Shown: positions 1-11,787 of the stretch, one piece after another
Numbering within the stretch: the stretch's first letter is position 1
Layout: every line of letters begins with the position of its first letter
Source of the DNA: Octopus bimaculoides
Lineage: Eukaryota
DNA: 64,000 nucleotides
Assembly (NCBI RefSeq): GCF_001194135.2
Contig: NC_068989.1
Span: 2,969,761-3,033,760 of the forward strand
Direction of reading: 5' to 3'
The notes under the pieces: model-generated
The model's database searches: none
What the model saw: only the letters and a program-made list of their open reading frames with translations
What the model was told of the DNA's origin: nothing
Program-made: the position numbers and the translations under genes

Positions 1-257
1 AAAAAAAAACAAAAAACAAACAAAAAACCGTTCAGGGTGGTGCCCCAGTATGGCCACAACCCAGTGACTGAAACAAAAAAGAGATAAAGATCACAGATTC
101 ATGTATTTCCTCTTAACCTATTTTCCTTTTCTGTTTCAAATATTTGCCATGATTTGAAACTGTTGTCGGTCGGTCTCGACTGCTATTTTGATCAATCAAT
201 TGGGTTTGGTCTGTTTATCTTTTCAGAAATTGATTTTGGTCAACAGAAATCCATTCA

Positions 258-357
258 ATGGTTTGCTATAAATTCACATCACATTCACCTGAACAACAAC
301 AGCAACAACAACAATCTATTCTTCTGCCAGACTATGAAGAAGATATTGTTATTGCAA
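258..357 (+). CDS. Candidate first coding exon (unknown protein, [33 protein letters not shown])
   Basis: Acceptor ctgtttatcttttcag ends at 226; in-frame upstream TGA, then ATG at 258; poly-Q stretch; donor A|gtgaga at 358 (phase 1). No homology recognised. Confidence 0.2.
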
Positions 358-458
358 GTGAGAGGTGACATGTGTTGCTACAAATACTACATGTGTGTGT
401 CTGTGTGTATAAGAGAGAGAGTGTTTGTGTGTATAAGAGAGAGTGTGTGTGTGTGCAA

Positions 459-489
<31 letters not shown>

Positions 490-557
490 AGAGTGTGTAT
501 GTGCATGTGTATGACAGTGTGTGTGTGTGTGTGTGTGTGTATGAATGTGTATATGAA

Positions 558-678
558 GGCATGTGGCTTAGTGGTTATGGTATTTGGCTCATGACCATAA
601 GGCTGTGAGTTCAATACCCAGTGGTGTATCGTGTCCTTGAGCAAGACACTTTATTTCACGTTGCTTCTGTCCACTTCA
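558..678 (+). mobile_element. SINE family D, 5' part (tRNA-derived head plus CORE-like block)
   Basis: A-box tggcttagtgg, B-box gttcaatac, then gtgtccttgagcaagacactttatttcacgttgc, shared with copies at 38478, 33790 (-) and 55590 (-). Confidence 0.8.
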
Positions 679-1042
679 CTAATCCAGTTTTTATCCATTG
701 GTTAAGATTTCATCCTCTCTTTTTTCCAATCCTCATTCACTCTTCACAGTCACCCTCCACTCCACTTCACTCTCACTCATTAGGTAGATCTCTGCATGTG
801 TGTTTGTGTGTGTGTGTGTGTGAGTCTGATGTTATTTCTTTTTAGTATAATTCAGGCTGTCTCTATTTTATCTTATTAACCAAACAAATAAATTTAATTA
901 ACCATAGTAATTAACTATCACTCATACATGTAAACCATAGACACAGACACACATACAAACTCTCCCCCCCCCCATTTACACACAAACATATTCTGATACA
1001 CACACACTGATTCTTTTACTCCACCCCACCTCTCTATCTCTG

Positions 1043-1079
<37 letters not shown>

Positions 1080-1487
1080 CTCACACAGACTCTTTTATTC
1101 CTTCCCCACTCTCAGTCTCTGTCTTTCTCTCTCTCTCACACACACAAGCACTGATCAAATTCCAGCCAAATTTTAAACATTAATGGCAAATTCAATAGCG
1201 AAATGTCAACAATGCATGCAAAAGATGAAACATTGATGTTATTAATGTGCGTACATAAGACCGTTTATGAATCTGTGAGTGTTTTCGCTTGTATATTTGT
1301 GCATCAGGAGTAAGCAGGAATATGTGAACAGCCTGGCAGGTTCTGGGGCAAAGCAAGGCTCACAGACTTCTACATAAACAACCACATAAATACATAAATT
1401 AACAATTGGTCCCTTACACCCAAGGGCCACCCAGGCAGCTGCTGAATGTATCCAAAACTGTGTAAGAGAATCTGCTTGAAAGCATAC

Positions 1488-1521
<34 letters not shown>

Positions 1522-1532
1522 CTGTATCTATA

Positions 1533-1689
1533 TCATCACCATCGTTTAACGTCCGCTTTCCATGCTAGCATGGGTTGGACGATTTGACTGAGGAATGGTG
1601 AACCAGATGGCTACACTAGGCTCCAATCTGATTTGGCAGAGTTTCTACAGCTGGATGCCCTTCCTAACGCCAATCACTCCGAGAGTGTA
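1533..1689 (-). mobile_element. Family B retroelement, 3' portion
   Basis: catcaccatcgtttaacgtccgctttccatgctagcatgggttggacg...ctggatgcccttcctaacgcc; near-identical to 51040-51192 and the reverse complement of 6110-6293. Confidence 0.85.
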
Positions 1690-1739
1690 AAATATATATG
1701 TGCATGTATATTTATAAATAACCCCTGTCCCCCACCCCG

Positions 1740-2204
1740 GTCTTCTGTCTATATCCCTCTTTATGCTCACTTTCTTGTATCTTAAGGCTCTGGCATCCCG
1801 TCACTATCTTCTTCCCAGCCATGCCCACCTGTGAGGAAGCCGTGTACCTTCTTTATAGCAGGACGCCTATGTTTTGTCCCTCTTTCGTACTCCTAACACC
1901 TGGCATAAAACCCCCTTCCCCTCTCAATTACTCCCACCTCCCACTTAGCCGAGAGGAATTTATTGTCTTCTTTTCCTGTCTTGTGAATTCCTTGACAATC
2001 TCACTAATACGGTTGGCATGAAAGACAAAAAAGCCCCCAGTACACACTGTAAAATGGCTGGCATTAGGAAGAGCATCCAGCCATAGAAACTATGCCAAAG
2101 CTGACATTGGGAGTTCTGTGACTTGCCAGATTCTCTCAAACTGTCCAACCCATGCCAGCATGGAAAACAGTTGTCAAATGATGACGACGACGATGATGAT
2201 GATG
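1740..2204 (+). mobile_element. Longer family B copy with extended 5' region
   Basis: 3' part aaagcccccagtacacactgtaaaatggctggcattaggaagagcatccagc...catggaaaacag with a (GAT/GAC)n tail. The upstream pyrimidine-rich part is assigned tentatively. Confidence 0.65.
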
Positions 2205-2261
2205 AGGTATTAGTGCATACAAAGATATGTATATGTGTGTGTGTATATATATGTTCTTTTC

Positions 2262-2485
2262 TCTTTTATTTCCAGTCATTTGACTGTGGCCATGCTGGAG
2301 CACTGCCTTTAGTCGAACAAATCGACCCCAGGACTTATTCTTTGTAAGCCTAGTACTTATTCTATCAGTCTCTTTTGCCGAATTGCTAAGTTATGGGGAC
2401 CTGAACACCAACATTGGTTGTCAAGCGATGTGGGTGGGGACAAACACAGACATACAAACATACACACACACACGTATATATATAC

Positions 2486-2490
<5 letters not shown>
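2262..2490 (-). mobile_element. SINE family A, 3' half; runs into (TA)n and a gap
   Basis: cagtcatttgactgtggccatgctggagcac...gaccccaggacttattctttgtaagcctagtacttattctatc is the reverse complement of the A tail at 3950-4156 and 39470-39635. Confidence 0.85.
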
Positions 2491-2526
<36 letters not shown>

Positions 2527-2842
2527 NNNNNNNNNNNNNNNNNNNNNNNNNNNNNNNNNNNNNNNNNNNNNNNNNNNNNNNNNNNNNNNNNNNNNNNNNN
2601 NNNNNNNNNNNNNNNNNNNNNNNNNNNNNNNNNNNNNNNNNNNNNNNNNNNNNNNNNNNNNNNNNNNNNNNNNNNNNNNNNNNNNNNNNNNNNNNNNNNN
2701 NNNNNNNNNNNNNNNNNNNNNNNNNNNNNNNNNNNNNNNNNNNNNNNNNNTATATATATATATATATATGTATATACATATATACATATGCATAGACACA
2801 TATGTACAAACAGACATACATGCATACATCTCTGTATTTCAG

Positions 2843-2897
2843 TAATACAAACATGTACAGAAACAAAATCAACAACTATCAATATGCATATATCAAT
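2843..2897 (+). CDS. Candidate 55-nt internal exon (IQTCTETKSTTINMHIS in phase 1->2)
   Basis: Acceptor catctctgtatttcag, donor AAT|gtaagt; two frames open. Confidence 0.2.
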
Positions 2898-3808
2898 GTA
2901 AGTTAATGCCTGCACAACAGAAACAACATATACGTGTGCATGTGGTAGTGCTGTCCTTATGTGCAGTGGTAGCAGTGGTGGTGGCGGTGAAGTCTTTATG
3001 TGCAACACAGGCACAAATCGGTTATGATGCAATAACCAATAATTCATCCATGAAAATTTCAGCTATAAACCAAACCACGAAAGGCTGAAAATTATAATAT
3101 CTCATTGACTATCTCTTGTGTTCTTCATGTGCAAATAAAAAACAAAAAAAAAACACAGTCATTATCGGTAAAATATATGAAAATATTGCCAACCTCTTCC
3201 TGCGTATGATAACAGTGAAGTGGCCATGATGGTGTTTAGAAAGAGAGAGACAGAGAGAGAGAGATGAACGATATTATTTATTATTGATAGCAATATATAT
3301 GTAATATAGAACTACATTATTCTTACAGTATCCATGTGGATAATAACATGCAAATTGTATACATATACATACATGTGTGTGTGTGTACATGTGTACATAT
3401 ATATATACATGCACACACACGCACACACACACACACNNNNNNNNNNNNNNNNNNNNNNNNNNNNNNNNNNNNNNNNNNNNNNNNNNNNNNNNNNNNNNNN
3501 NNNNNNNNNNNNNNNNNNNNNNNNNNNNNNNNNNNNNNNNNNNNNNNNNNNNNNNNNNNNNNNNNNNNNNNNNNNNNNNNNNNNNNNNNNNNNNNNNNNN
3601 NNNNNNNNNNNNNNNNNNNNNNNNNNNNNNNNNNNNNNNNNNNNNNNNNNNNNNNNNNNNNNNNNNNNNNNNNNNNNNNNNNNNNNNNNNNNNNNNNNNN
3701 NNNNNNNNNNNNNNNNNNNNNNNNNNNNNNNNNNNNNNNNNNNNNNNNNNNNNNNNNNNNNNNNNNNNNNNNNNNNNNNNNNNNNNNNNNNNNNNNNNNN
3801 NNNNNNNN

Positions 3809-4156
3809 ACCTTGGGCAAGTGTCTTCTACTATAGCCTCGGGCCGACCAAAGCCTTGTGAGTGGATTTGGTAGACGGAAACTGAAAGAAGCCAGTCGTAT
3901 ATATGTATATATATATATGTATGTGTGTGTATATGTTTGTGTGTCTGTGTTTGTCCCCCCACCATCGCTTGACAACCGATGCTGGTGTGTTTAGGTCCCC
4001 GTAACATTAGCGGTTCGGCAAAAGAGACTGATAGAATAAGTACTAGGCTTCGAAAGAATAAGTCCTGGAGTTGATTTGCTCGACTAAAGGTGGTGCTCCA
4101 GCATGGCCGCAGTCAAATGACTGAAACAAGTAAAAGAGTAAAAGAGTAAAGAGTAA
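3809..4156 (+). mobile_element. SINE family A (head lost in gap)
   Basis: cttgggcaagtgtcttctactatagcctcgggccgaccaaagccttgtgagtggatttggtagacgg, central TA/TG microsatellite, tail of (gtaaaaga)n. Confidence 0.9.
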
Positions 4157-4860
4157 TATATGTACACACATATATACACACACATAAATATACCTTTGTA
4201 TGTATACATACATATATATATACATGCACACACACGCACACACACACACACACATGAATGTAGATATGTGCATAGCTTAGAGTTTTAACTATGGGTTTAT
4301 TTAAAGTTTCAATCTAAAGAACCCTTCCGTTCCATCACCCAAAGGAAAAAATATAAATAGAAAGTAGGAAAAGAAAAAGAAAAAAGGAGTAAACCACAAA
4401 ACAAAAGAAAAAAAGACAGAAGAAAAATAATACTTTTATTCTATTATTCCATCATTCTATTATTCCATCATTCTATTATGTCTTCATTCTGTTAATCTTT
4501 TGTTTGTTCATTCTATCATAATGGAATACATTCTACTCTACTTTTGCAACGCATCTCTCTGGCAGCAATCATGAAAAAAATATGATAATATACTAATTTA
4601 GGCTGCACAGATTATGAATACATACAATGATGTAGGCCTAGCTTTGTTTTGTAACAATAAACGATATGGTTCCAGGTTCAATCCCACTACGCATTAAGTG
4701 TAGTCTTGGATTCACCAGAAGCTTATGAGTGGAATCGGATGGGTACAAAATTACTCTGCCATAGTAAAGTGCAATTGTTAGGTCTGCTAATCTGTGGTTG
4801 GGTCCTTAAATTGGATGAAATAGATCATCGGGTCAAAGGAACCAATAACAACATTGCAAA

Positions 4861-4898
<38 letters not shown>

Positions 4899-4900
<2 letters not shown>

Positions 4901-5384
4901 TTTTATTTGTTCCAATCATTTGAATGTGGCCATGCTGGAGCACCACCTTTGGTCGAACAACTCAACCCCAGGACTTATTCTTTGTAAGCCTAGTACTTAT
5001 TCTATCAGTCTCTTTTGCCGAACCACNNNNNNNNNNNNNNNNNNNNNNNNNNNNNNNNNNNNNNNNNNNNNNNNNNNNNNNNNNNNNNNNNNNNNNNNNN
5101 NNNNNNNNNNNNNNNNNNNNNNNNNNNNNNNNNNNNNNNNNNNNNNNNNNNNNNNNNNNNNNNNNNNNNNNNNNNNNNNNNNNNNNNNNNNNNNNNNNNN
5201 NNNNNNNNNNNNNNNNNNNNNNNNNNNNNGACAGGCTTCTTTCAGTTTCCATCTACCAAATCCACTCACAAGGCTTTGGTCAGCCCGAGGCTATAGTAGA
5301 AGACACTTACCCAAAGTGCCATGCAGTGGGACTGAACCCGGAATCATGTGGTTGGGAAGCAAGCTTCTTACCAGACAGCCACTC
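4899..5384 (-). mobile_element. SINE family A, full length, spanning gap 5027-5229
   Basis: 3' half at 4899-5026; 5' half with tRNA-like head at 5230-5384, colinear with the A consensus. Confidence 0.85.
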
Positions 5385-5397
5385 TAGCGTGTATATA

Positions 5398-5435
<38 letters not shown>

Positions 5436-5644
5436 CATTGTTATACTAGGGGATGGTCATATTTTGCCAATTAAACACACACACTATATATTTGATCTTC
5501 ACGTCATCGTCATCGTCATCTAAGTTTCTTTGTCAAAGCTCTTTTGTCACACATCCTGTAAGCTCTTCAGCGACTCCCTATCTCATTGTTCTGCTTATTC
5601 CGTTCTACCAAATACTTAAACGCAAATAGATAGACATACATATA

Positions 5645-5835
5645 TCATCATCATCATCATCATCATCATCACCATCTAACGCCCGTTGTCCATGTTGACA
5701 TGGGCTGAACGGTTTGGCCAGGGCTGACAAACTGGAAAGCTGCACCAGACTCCAATCTGATTTGGCATGGTTTCTACGGCTGGATGCCCTTCCTAGTGCC
5801 AACTGCTCCGAGAGTGTAATGCTTTTATGTGCCAA
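5645..5835 (-). mobile_element. Family B copy (left arm of divergent pair)
   Basis: (CAT)n tail, then ctaacgcccgttgtccatg...ggctggatgcccttcctagtgccaac. Confidence 0.8.
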
Positions 5836-5974
5836 TTGCATGACACCAGTATCTGCCGCAACTAGTATTCTACTTGGCTTGATGGGTCTTCTTCTCAAGG
5901 ACAGCATCATGCCAAAGGTCTCGGTCATTCATCATTGCCTCTGTGAGGCCCAACACTTGAAGGATGCTTTTCAC

Positions 5975-6293
5975 ATGCCGGTGGCATGTGTAAAGACATT
6001 CGAGCGAGATCATGCCAGTGCCGCTAGACTGGTTCCTGTGCAGGTGGCACGTAAAATACACCATTTTGAGCATGGCCGTTGCCAGTACCACCTGACTGGC
6101 CTTCATGCCGGTGGCACGTAAAAGCACCCACTACACTCTCTGAGTGGTTGGCGTTAGAAAGGGCATCCAGCTGTAGAAACTTTGCCAGATCAGATTGGCG
6201 CCTGGTGCAGCCATCTGGTTCACCAGTCCTCAGTCAAATCGTGCAACCCATGCTAGCATGGAAAGCGGACGTTAAACGATGATGATGATGATG
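5975..6293 (+). mobile_element. Family B copy with internal sub-repeats (right arm of divergent pair)
   Basis: Repeated ggtggcacgtaaaa motifs, then ggcgttagaaagggcatccagctgtag...ggaaagcggacgttaaac(gat)n. Confidence 0.85.
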
Positions 6294-7249
6294 AATACTG
6301 TTTTTTTTTTGTTTTTGTTTTTTTTCCAACTTGGGTTTTGCAGCTGGAAACCCTTCCTATCTTCAACCTCCTTACAGAAAGGTCTGGTCCAACATCTAAG
6401 CAGTTGCTTGCAGAAGAACTAAACAATACTCTGCCTCATGTGTAAGATTTTATTTAAAATTGCTTTTCTCCTCGATGGGTCTGTTTGTTCCTTTTAAGTA
6501 GAAAGCTATATTGTCATCGACATTCAATATAGCGAAGCGTGTATCATCTGCAATGGTCAAGATTAATCAATTTATAGTGCTTCCTTTATTAGTTTCTGCA
6601 AGTTGGCAGACTTCAAGAAACAGTGAGAACTGAAAATGCACAATAAACAAAACAAGAAGTATTTCTGCAATCCGATGGATTTTTATACCCCAAAATAGTC
6701 TAGTTTCAACAGAATTGGAGATAATTGTAGTTCTGTCTGCTTAATATAGTATTGGATCGTTAAATGTACACAGTAGGATCTTGAGATGACTCCATGTGTG
6801 TAGTGTGTGTGTGTGTGTGTGTGTAATGTGGGTGGTGGGTGTCTTTTGTGCATATGTAGCGGAAGAAAGAGCATTTGTATGCATGTGTCTGTATGTGTGA
6901 AAGAGAGTGTGTATGAGTTAGTGTAGGTGTACGTTTGTGTAAAAAATGTATATTTGTTTATATGTGTGTGTGTGTGTGTTATTGTTTATCTGGTACATAA
7001 AAGTAAGTACATATTGTTGTATGTGTGTATGGGAGTGAATATGTGGATTGTGTAAAAGAATATGTGTGTTTGTGTGTGCGTAGAAGTGTGTGGGAGTGTT
7101 TGTTTCAGTTTGTACTGGGATGGGAATCATTAACTGTGTGCACACGCATGCATGCATGTGTTTGTGTGTGTGTGTGTGCATCAGTATTACATCTTTTCTA
7201 ATGTATATCAGAACGAGAATTATTATATCAGTGAGTCTGTGTGAGAGAT

Positions 7250-7284
<35 letters not shown>

Positions 7285-7410
7285 CAGACAGACGGATGGA
7301 TAGATAAATAGGTAGGTAGACAGAAAGAGAAAGATAGAGAAAGATGGATAGATAGACAGATAGATACAGAGAGCAATATATATACATATATACATATATA
7401 TATATATAGG

Positions 7411-7459
<49 letters not shown>

Positions 7460-7848
7460 AGAGTGTGTGTGTGTGTGTAAGTGCTTGTACAAATTTGTTT
7501 GCGGGAAGTTGAATGAAGTGTTACAATGGTGAAGAGAGACACCAAAATATCTCTTGGAAGGAATTCATAAGGTTTGCTTAACATCAACAGAAAGCAACAA
7601 GTCTGGCAAAATAATTAGCAAATTTGTTTCTTTGGAGAAGTGAATTCTAACATTTTATTTGCAGCCCTCCATTAGAAAAAAAAATTAAGAATGTTGCTAT
7701 GATTTGATGTATAAATGAAGGAAAACACAAATCTCTCTCTTTTTCTTTCTCACTTTCTGTCTTTTTTAATTAATTATTTTAATTCTTTCTATAAAGGAGT
7801 TGGTTTTTAATGAAGGAACAGAGATTCATTGAGGAATTTAGATGACAA

Positions 7849-8106
7849 CATCAGCATCATCTTTTAATGACCGTTTTCCATGCTGGCATGGGTTGGATGG
7901 TTCGACAGGGACTGGTAAGGCTAGGGGCAGCACCAGCTTCTATTGTCTGTTTCTAGCCTGGCTTCTACAGCTGCATGCCCTTCCTAATATCCACCACCTT
8001 ACAGAGTGTTCCTGGTGCTTTTTATGTGGCACCATCACCAGTGCCTTTTTACATGGCACCATCAGCAGTTCTTTTTGTGTGGCACCATCACCAATAGTGC
8101 CACCTG
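7849..8106 (-). mobile_element. Family B copy, degenerate
   Basis: ttttccatgctggcatgggttggatgg...gcccttcctaat...gtgctttttatgtggcacc, with three ggcaccatca sub-repeats. Confidence 0.75.
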
Positions 8107-8813
8107 GTGCAAAGTTACATGCTGCAAAGTTTTGCAAATTTATACAGTTCCACTTACACACACACTTGTATAAAATGTGTGAGTGAGTTAGAGATAGTTA
8201 GAAAGATAGAGAAAGAAGGAGAAAGAGACGAGGAATAAAGAAACCAAGAACATCAATAACATACGGCCATTGTACTTAGCAAATTACAAGTAATTTTGTT
8301 TGACAAGGAAGGAAGCTGATTCTAAATTCAGGCAAGGTCATTTCGGAGACACACATACACACATGTACATACGTACACATCTTTAGATACAAACAGACAT
8401 AGGTTGATTGAATGATTGATTGACAAACTGGTTAGTGAGATAGATCGGTAAACGAAACACAATGAGGAGATAACTTTATAAGCCAACAGGAGGAGAGGCA
8501 GGCAAAATGGCCGAACATCCAGGCAGACAGATGAAGGAATAAAAAAAGAGCATTTATTGTGCTCAAACTCTTATATCGATGTGATCAATTGATCAAATTC
8601 ACGAGAGGTTTTATTTTAGTTTTTAAATTCTTTTTTAAATTGGTCAAATGGATCGATAGACAGAGACACAATAAAAGAGAAGTCAGCATATTATTTCCAG
8701 ATAGCTAAACTGTCTGACATTAGACATAGAAATAGACAGACAGGAGTTAAAATTGGTAGTCATGGTAGCTAAAAGTTTTTGATATAACATAATACTTTAT
8801 ATATATATATATA

Positions 8814-8960
8814 GGCGCAGGAGTGGCTGTGTGGTAAGTAGCTTGCTAACTAACCACATGGTTCCAAATTCAGTCCCACTGCGTGGCATCTTGGGTAAGT
8901 GTCTTCCACTATAGCCTCGGACTGACCAAAGCCTTATGAGTGGATTTGGTAGACGGAAAC
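8814..8960 (+). mobile_element. SINE family A, 5' half only
   Basis: ggcgcaggagtggctgtgtggtaag (A-box like)...ttcagtcccactgcgtggcatcttgggtaagtg...tagacggaaac. Confidence 0.9.
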
Positions 8961-9049
8961 ATGCATTCAAGTATGGAAGACCAGATGTGAAACAATGATA
9001 ATGACATCATTGCAGTCAGTCGTTGCAATTATGACTGTTCATGGCTTTG

Positions 9050-9805
9050 GCATGACTGATAGGCTTTCTCCATACCAGTGAGTTCTTCGCTTGAATTTGC
9101 CATTCATTACAATCAAATTCCTTTGCAACCAGGGCAGTCTGATGCTCAGGTCTTTGAGATCTCGTTTCATCAAGTAATGCTCTAACATTCCATTCAGCAA
9201 AATTCTTATTTCTTATTTCTTTATTGCTCACAGGGGGCTAAACATAGAGGGGACAAACAAGGACAGACAAAGGGGTTAAGTCGAATACATCGACCCCATT
9301 ACGCAACTGGTACTTAATTTATCAACCCCGAAAGGATGAAAGCAAAGTCGACCTCGGCGGAATTTGAGCTCAGAACGTAAAGACAGATGAAATACCTCTA
9401 AGCATTTCGCCCAGCGTGCTAACGTTTCTGGCAGCTCGCCGCCTTAAGCAAAATTCAGCAAAATTCATTGTCTTCCTGCATCTTAGTCTTTACTGGCTGC
9501 TGGAGCAGAGAAGAACCAGCGCAGACCGTTTTTACCCAGGCAACCTCTGAGCCAGTATGGGGACCTTTTGCTGTTGTCTTTTACCACAAAACTGCTTGCA
9601 AAGTCATGAAATGGAACTAGCTTTTGCAGTTGGCAAGTATCACTGTCTTCTTAGTACAACACTTATGTTGTCCAGCAGGCAAGGACGAGCAAAGACATTC
9701 CAGCATCAGTGGTCATACTGCAGCATCTGGCCAGACAATAAGGTTTGATTATCTCCACCCTTGGGTGATGCCACAGACCACTATTTCGGAGTGGCTTGTG
9801 GCATC
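9050..9805 (-). mobile_element. Decayed 5' fragment of an RTE-clade LINE (5'UTR plus start of the APE endonuclease), interrupted by a SINE
   Basis: After removing the SINE and one TSD, the minus strand reads KTMNFAEWNVRALLDETRSQRPEHQTALVAKEFD, matching the RTE/BovB-type N-terminus pattern (TWNVRTLLD...RPERRTALVARELARY). Confidence 0.8.
9206..9443 (-). mobile_element. SINE family C, full length, with 13-bp TSD
   Basis: Head ggcggcgagctgccagaaacgttagcacgc; central gactttgctttcatcctttcggggttgataaattaagtaccag; TSD ttcagcaaaattc at 9193-9205 and 9454-9466. Confidence 0.9.
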
Positions 9806-10222
9806 TTAGATCTTGTAGAATGATAATAACAAAAAAAAAAAAGACTGATGACGACAATGACAAAGTTGAGTTGTCATCTATTGTAAAGCTTTCTTTGTTG
9901 TTGACTTCAACAAAGCAACTTGTAATGAGTTGCATTCTTGGGTTTCCGTCCATGCGAAGATGTGTAAATATAGCAGAACACCTTACTGGCGAGTCGCTCT
10001 TAATGACATATCATTATGTGTGTTGCAGGTGACAATATATACATATATGGCTGCTGCAATAATTATATACCTTTAATTGTGAACGGTTCTTGTGAATATC
10101 AATTAAAATGGTTTGATTTAGAAACATTCTGAATGCATTGCCAATTTATTATCATGAATATCAGCATCTACATCCACCACATCACTCCACCTTGCCATCA
10201 CTGACTTCATCTTCATTAGCAT

Positions 10223-10254
<32 letters not shown>

Positions 10255-10757
10255 TCATCACCATCATCATCATTGTCATAACCATCACTGTTCCAAACAC
10301 CACCAGCATCATGTCAGTCATTCAACAGTTTTCCAATCAGCCGTTTGCTGATTCACTGAATCTGTGACATATCGAGAGTTATGGCAAGGGAGTGTCTGTA
10401 ACTCAGTGTGAAACAAATATCATGGGGGACTTCATTTTTTTGTTTGTTTTAGTTTCTTCACGATTAACAAACTTTGGGTCACTTTAGACATGTTTGAGAC
10501 ATATTTGATTTGTAAAGAGATATTTTCACTGCAGTTTCTTATGAGGGAAAAAAATCTCTTGATTTGGATAAAAGTGTTAAAAATAGTGAGAATTTTTTTT
10601 CAATGGCAAACCACTGTGAAAATGCCATTTTTACCAGTTAAATATGCCTCAGGCATATTTGAACCAGTGTAAATGTTTGTTTATTTCACATCAGTGCTTT
10701 GAGTACCACCCATATAAAAGAATGACGATTGGTGATAACAGGGAGGGGGAGGAGGAG

Positions 10758-10820
10758 GAGGAGGTGGAGCAAGAAGAGGAGGTGGAGCAAGAAGAGGAGG
10801 TGGAGCAAGAAGAGGAGGTG
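10758..10820. repeat. 18-bp tandem repeat x3.5
   Basis: Unit gaggaggtggagcaagaa. Confidence 0.9.
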
Positions 10821-10968
10821 AAGGATGTTGATGGTGATGTGTATTTCTTCTTCAGTGAACTCTGCCACTCTGCATCCAACCCACTTTTTTGGAGGCGTGT
10901 ATAATCTTAATTAGAGATTTCAAGATTCGAGTGTTTTTTCCTGCCTCACACCTCACCTCACACAACAG

Positions 10969-11044
10969 GTGTGAGACACATGCGAAGATTGTAAGGTGTG
11001 TAAATATAGAGTCACTTGGAGATGATGTTTGTGTTCTCAGCCAG
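10969..11044 (+). CDS. Candidate 76-nt internal exon (CETHAKIVRCVNIESLGDDVCVLSQ, phase 2->0)
   Basis: Pyrimidine-rich acceptor ttttttcctgcctcacacctcacctcacacaacag, donor CAG|gtaaac; single open frame. Confidence 0.2.
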
Positions 11045-11079
11045 GTAAACATTACAAGTTTTGACTGTTAAGCATTGGT

Positions 11080-11181
<102 letters not shown>

Positions 11182-11465
11182 NNNNNNNNNNNNNNNNNNN
11201 NNNNNNNNNNNNNNNNNNNNNNNNNNNNNNNNNNNNNNNNNNNNNNNNNNNNNNNNNNNNNNNNNNNNNNNNNNNNNNNNNNNNNNNNNNNNNNNNNNNN
11301 NNNNNNNNNNNNNNNNNNNNNNNNNNNNNNNNNNNNNNNNNNNNNNNNNNNNNNNNNNNNNNNNNNNNNNNNNNNNNNNNNNNNNNNNNNNNNNNNNNNN
11401 NNNNNNNNNNNNNNNNNNNNNNNNNNNNNNNNNNNNNNNNNNNNNNNNNNNNNNNNNNNNNNNNN

Positions 11466-11503
<38 letters not shown>

Positions 11504-11564
11504 ATATATATATATATGTGTGTGTGTATGCATGTGTGTGTGTGTATATATGCATGTGTTTATG

Positions 11565-11762
11565 TGTGTGTGTGTCTGTTTGTTCTCCCACTGTCGCTTG
11601 ACAACTGATGCTGGTGTGTCTATGTCCCTGTAACTTAGCGGTTCAGTACAAGAGACCGATAGAATAAGTATTAGGCTTACAAAGAATAAGTCCTGAGGTC
11701 GATCTCTTTAAGGTGGTGCTCCAGCATGGCCGCAATCAACTGACTAAAATGAATAAAAGAAT
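11565..11762 (+). mobile_element. SINE family A, 3' half
   Basis: gtcgcttgacaactgatgctggtgtg...gaataagtattaggcttacaaagaataagtcctgaggtcgat...ggtgctccagcatggccgc. Confidence 0.85.
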
Positions 11763-11787
11763 ATATGTGTGTGTGTGCATACAATAT

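Noticed and set aside
6570-6630. Minus-strand terminal exon candidate (SHCFLKSANLQKLIKEAL*)
   Set aside because: Strong acceptor but only 18 codons, no linked upstream exon I could justify, and a competing open frame.
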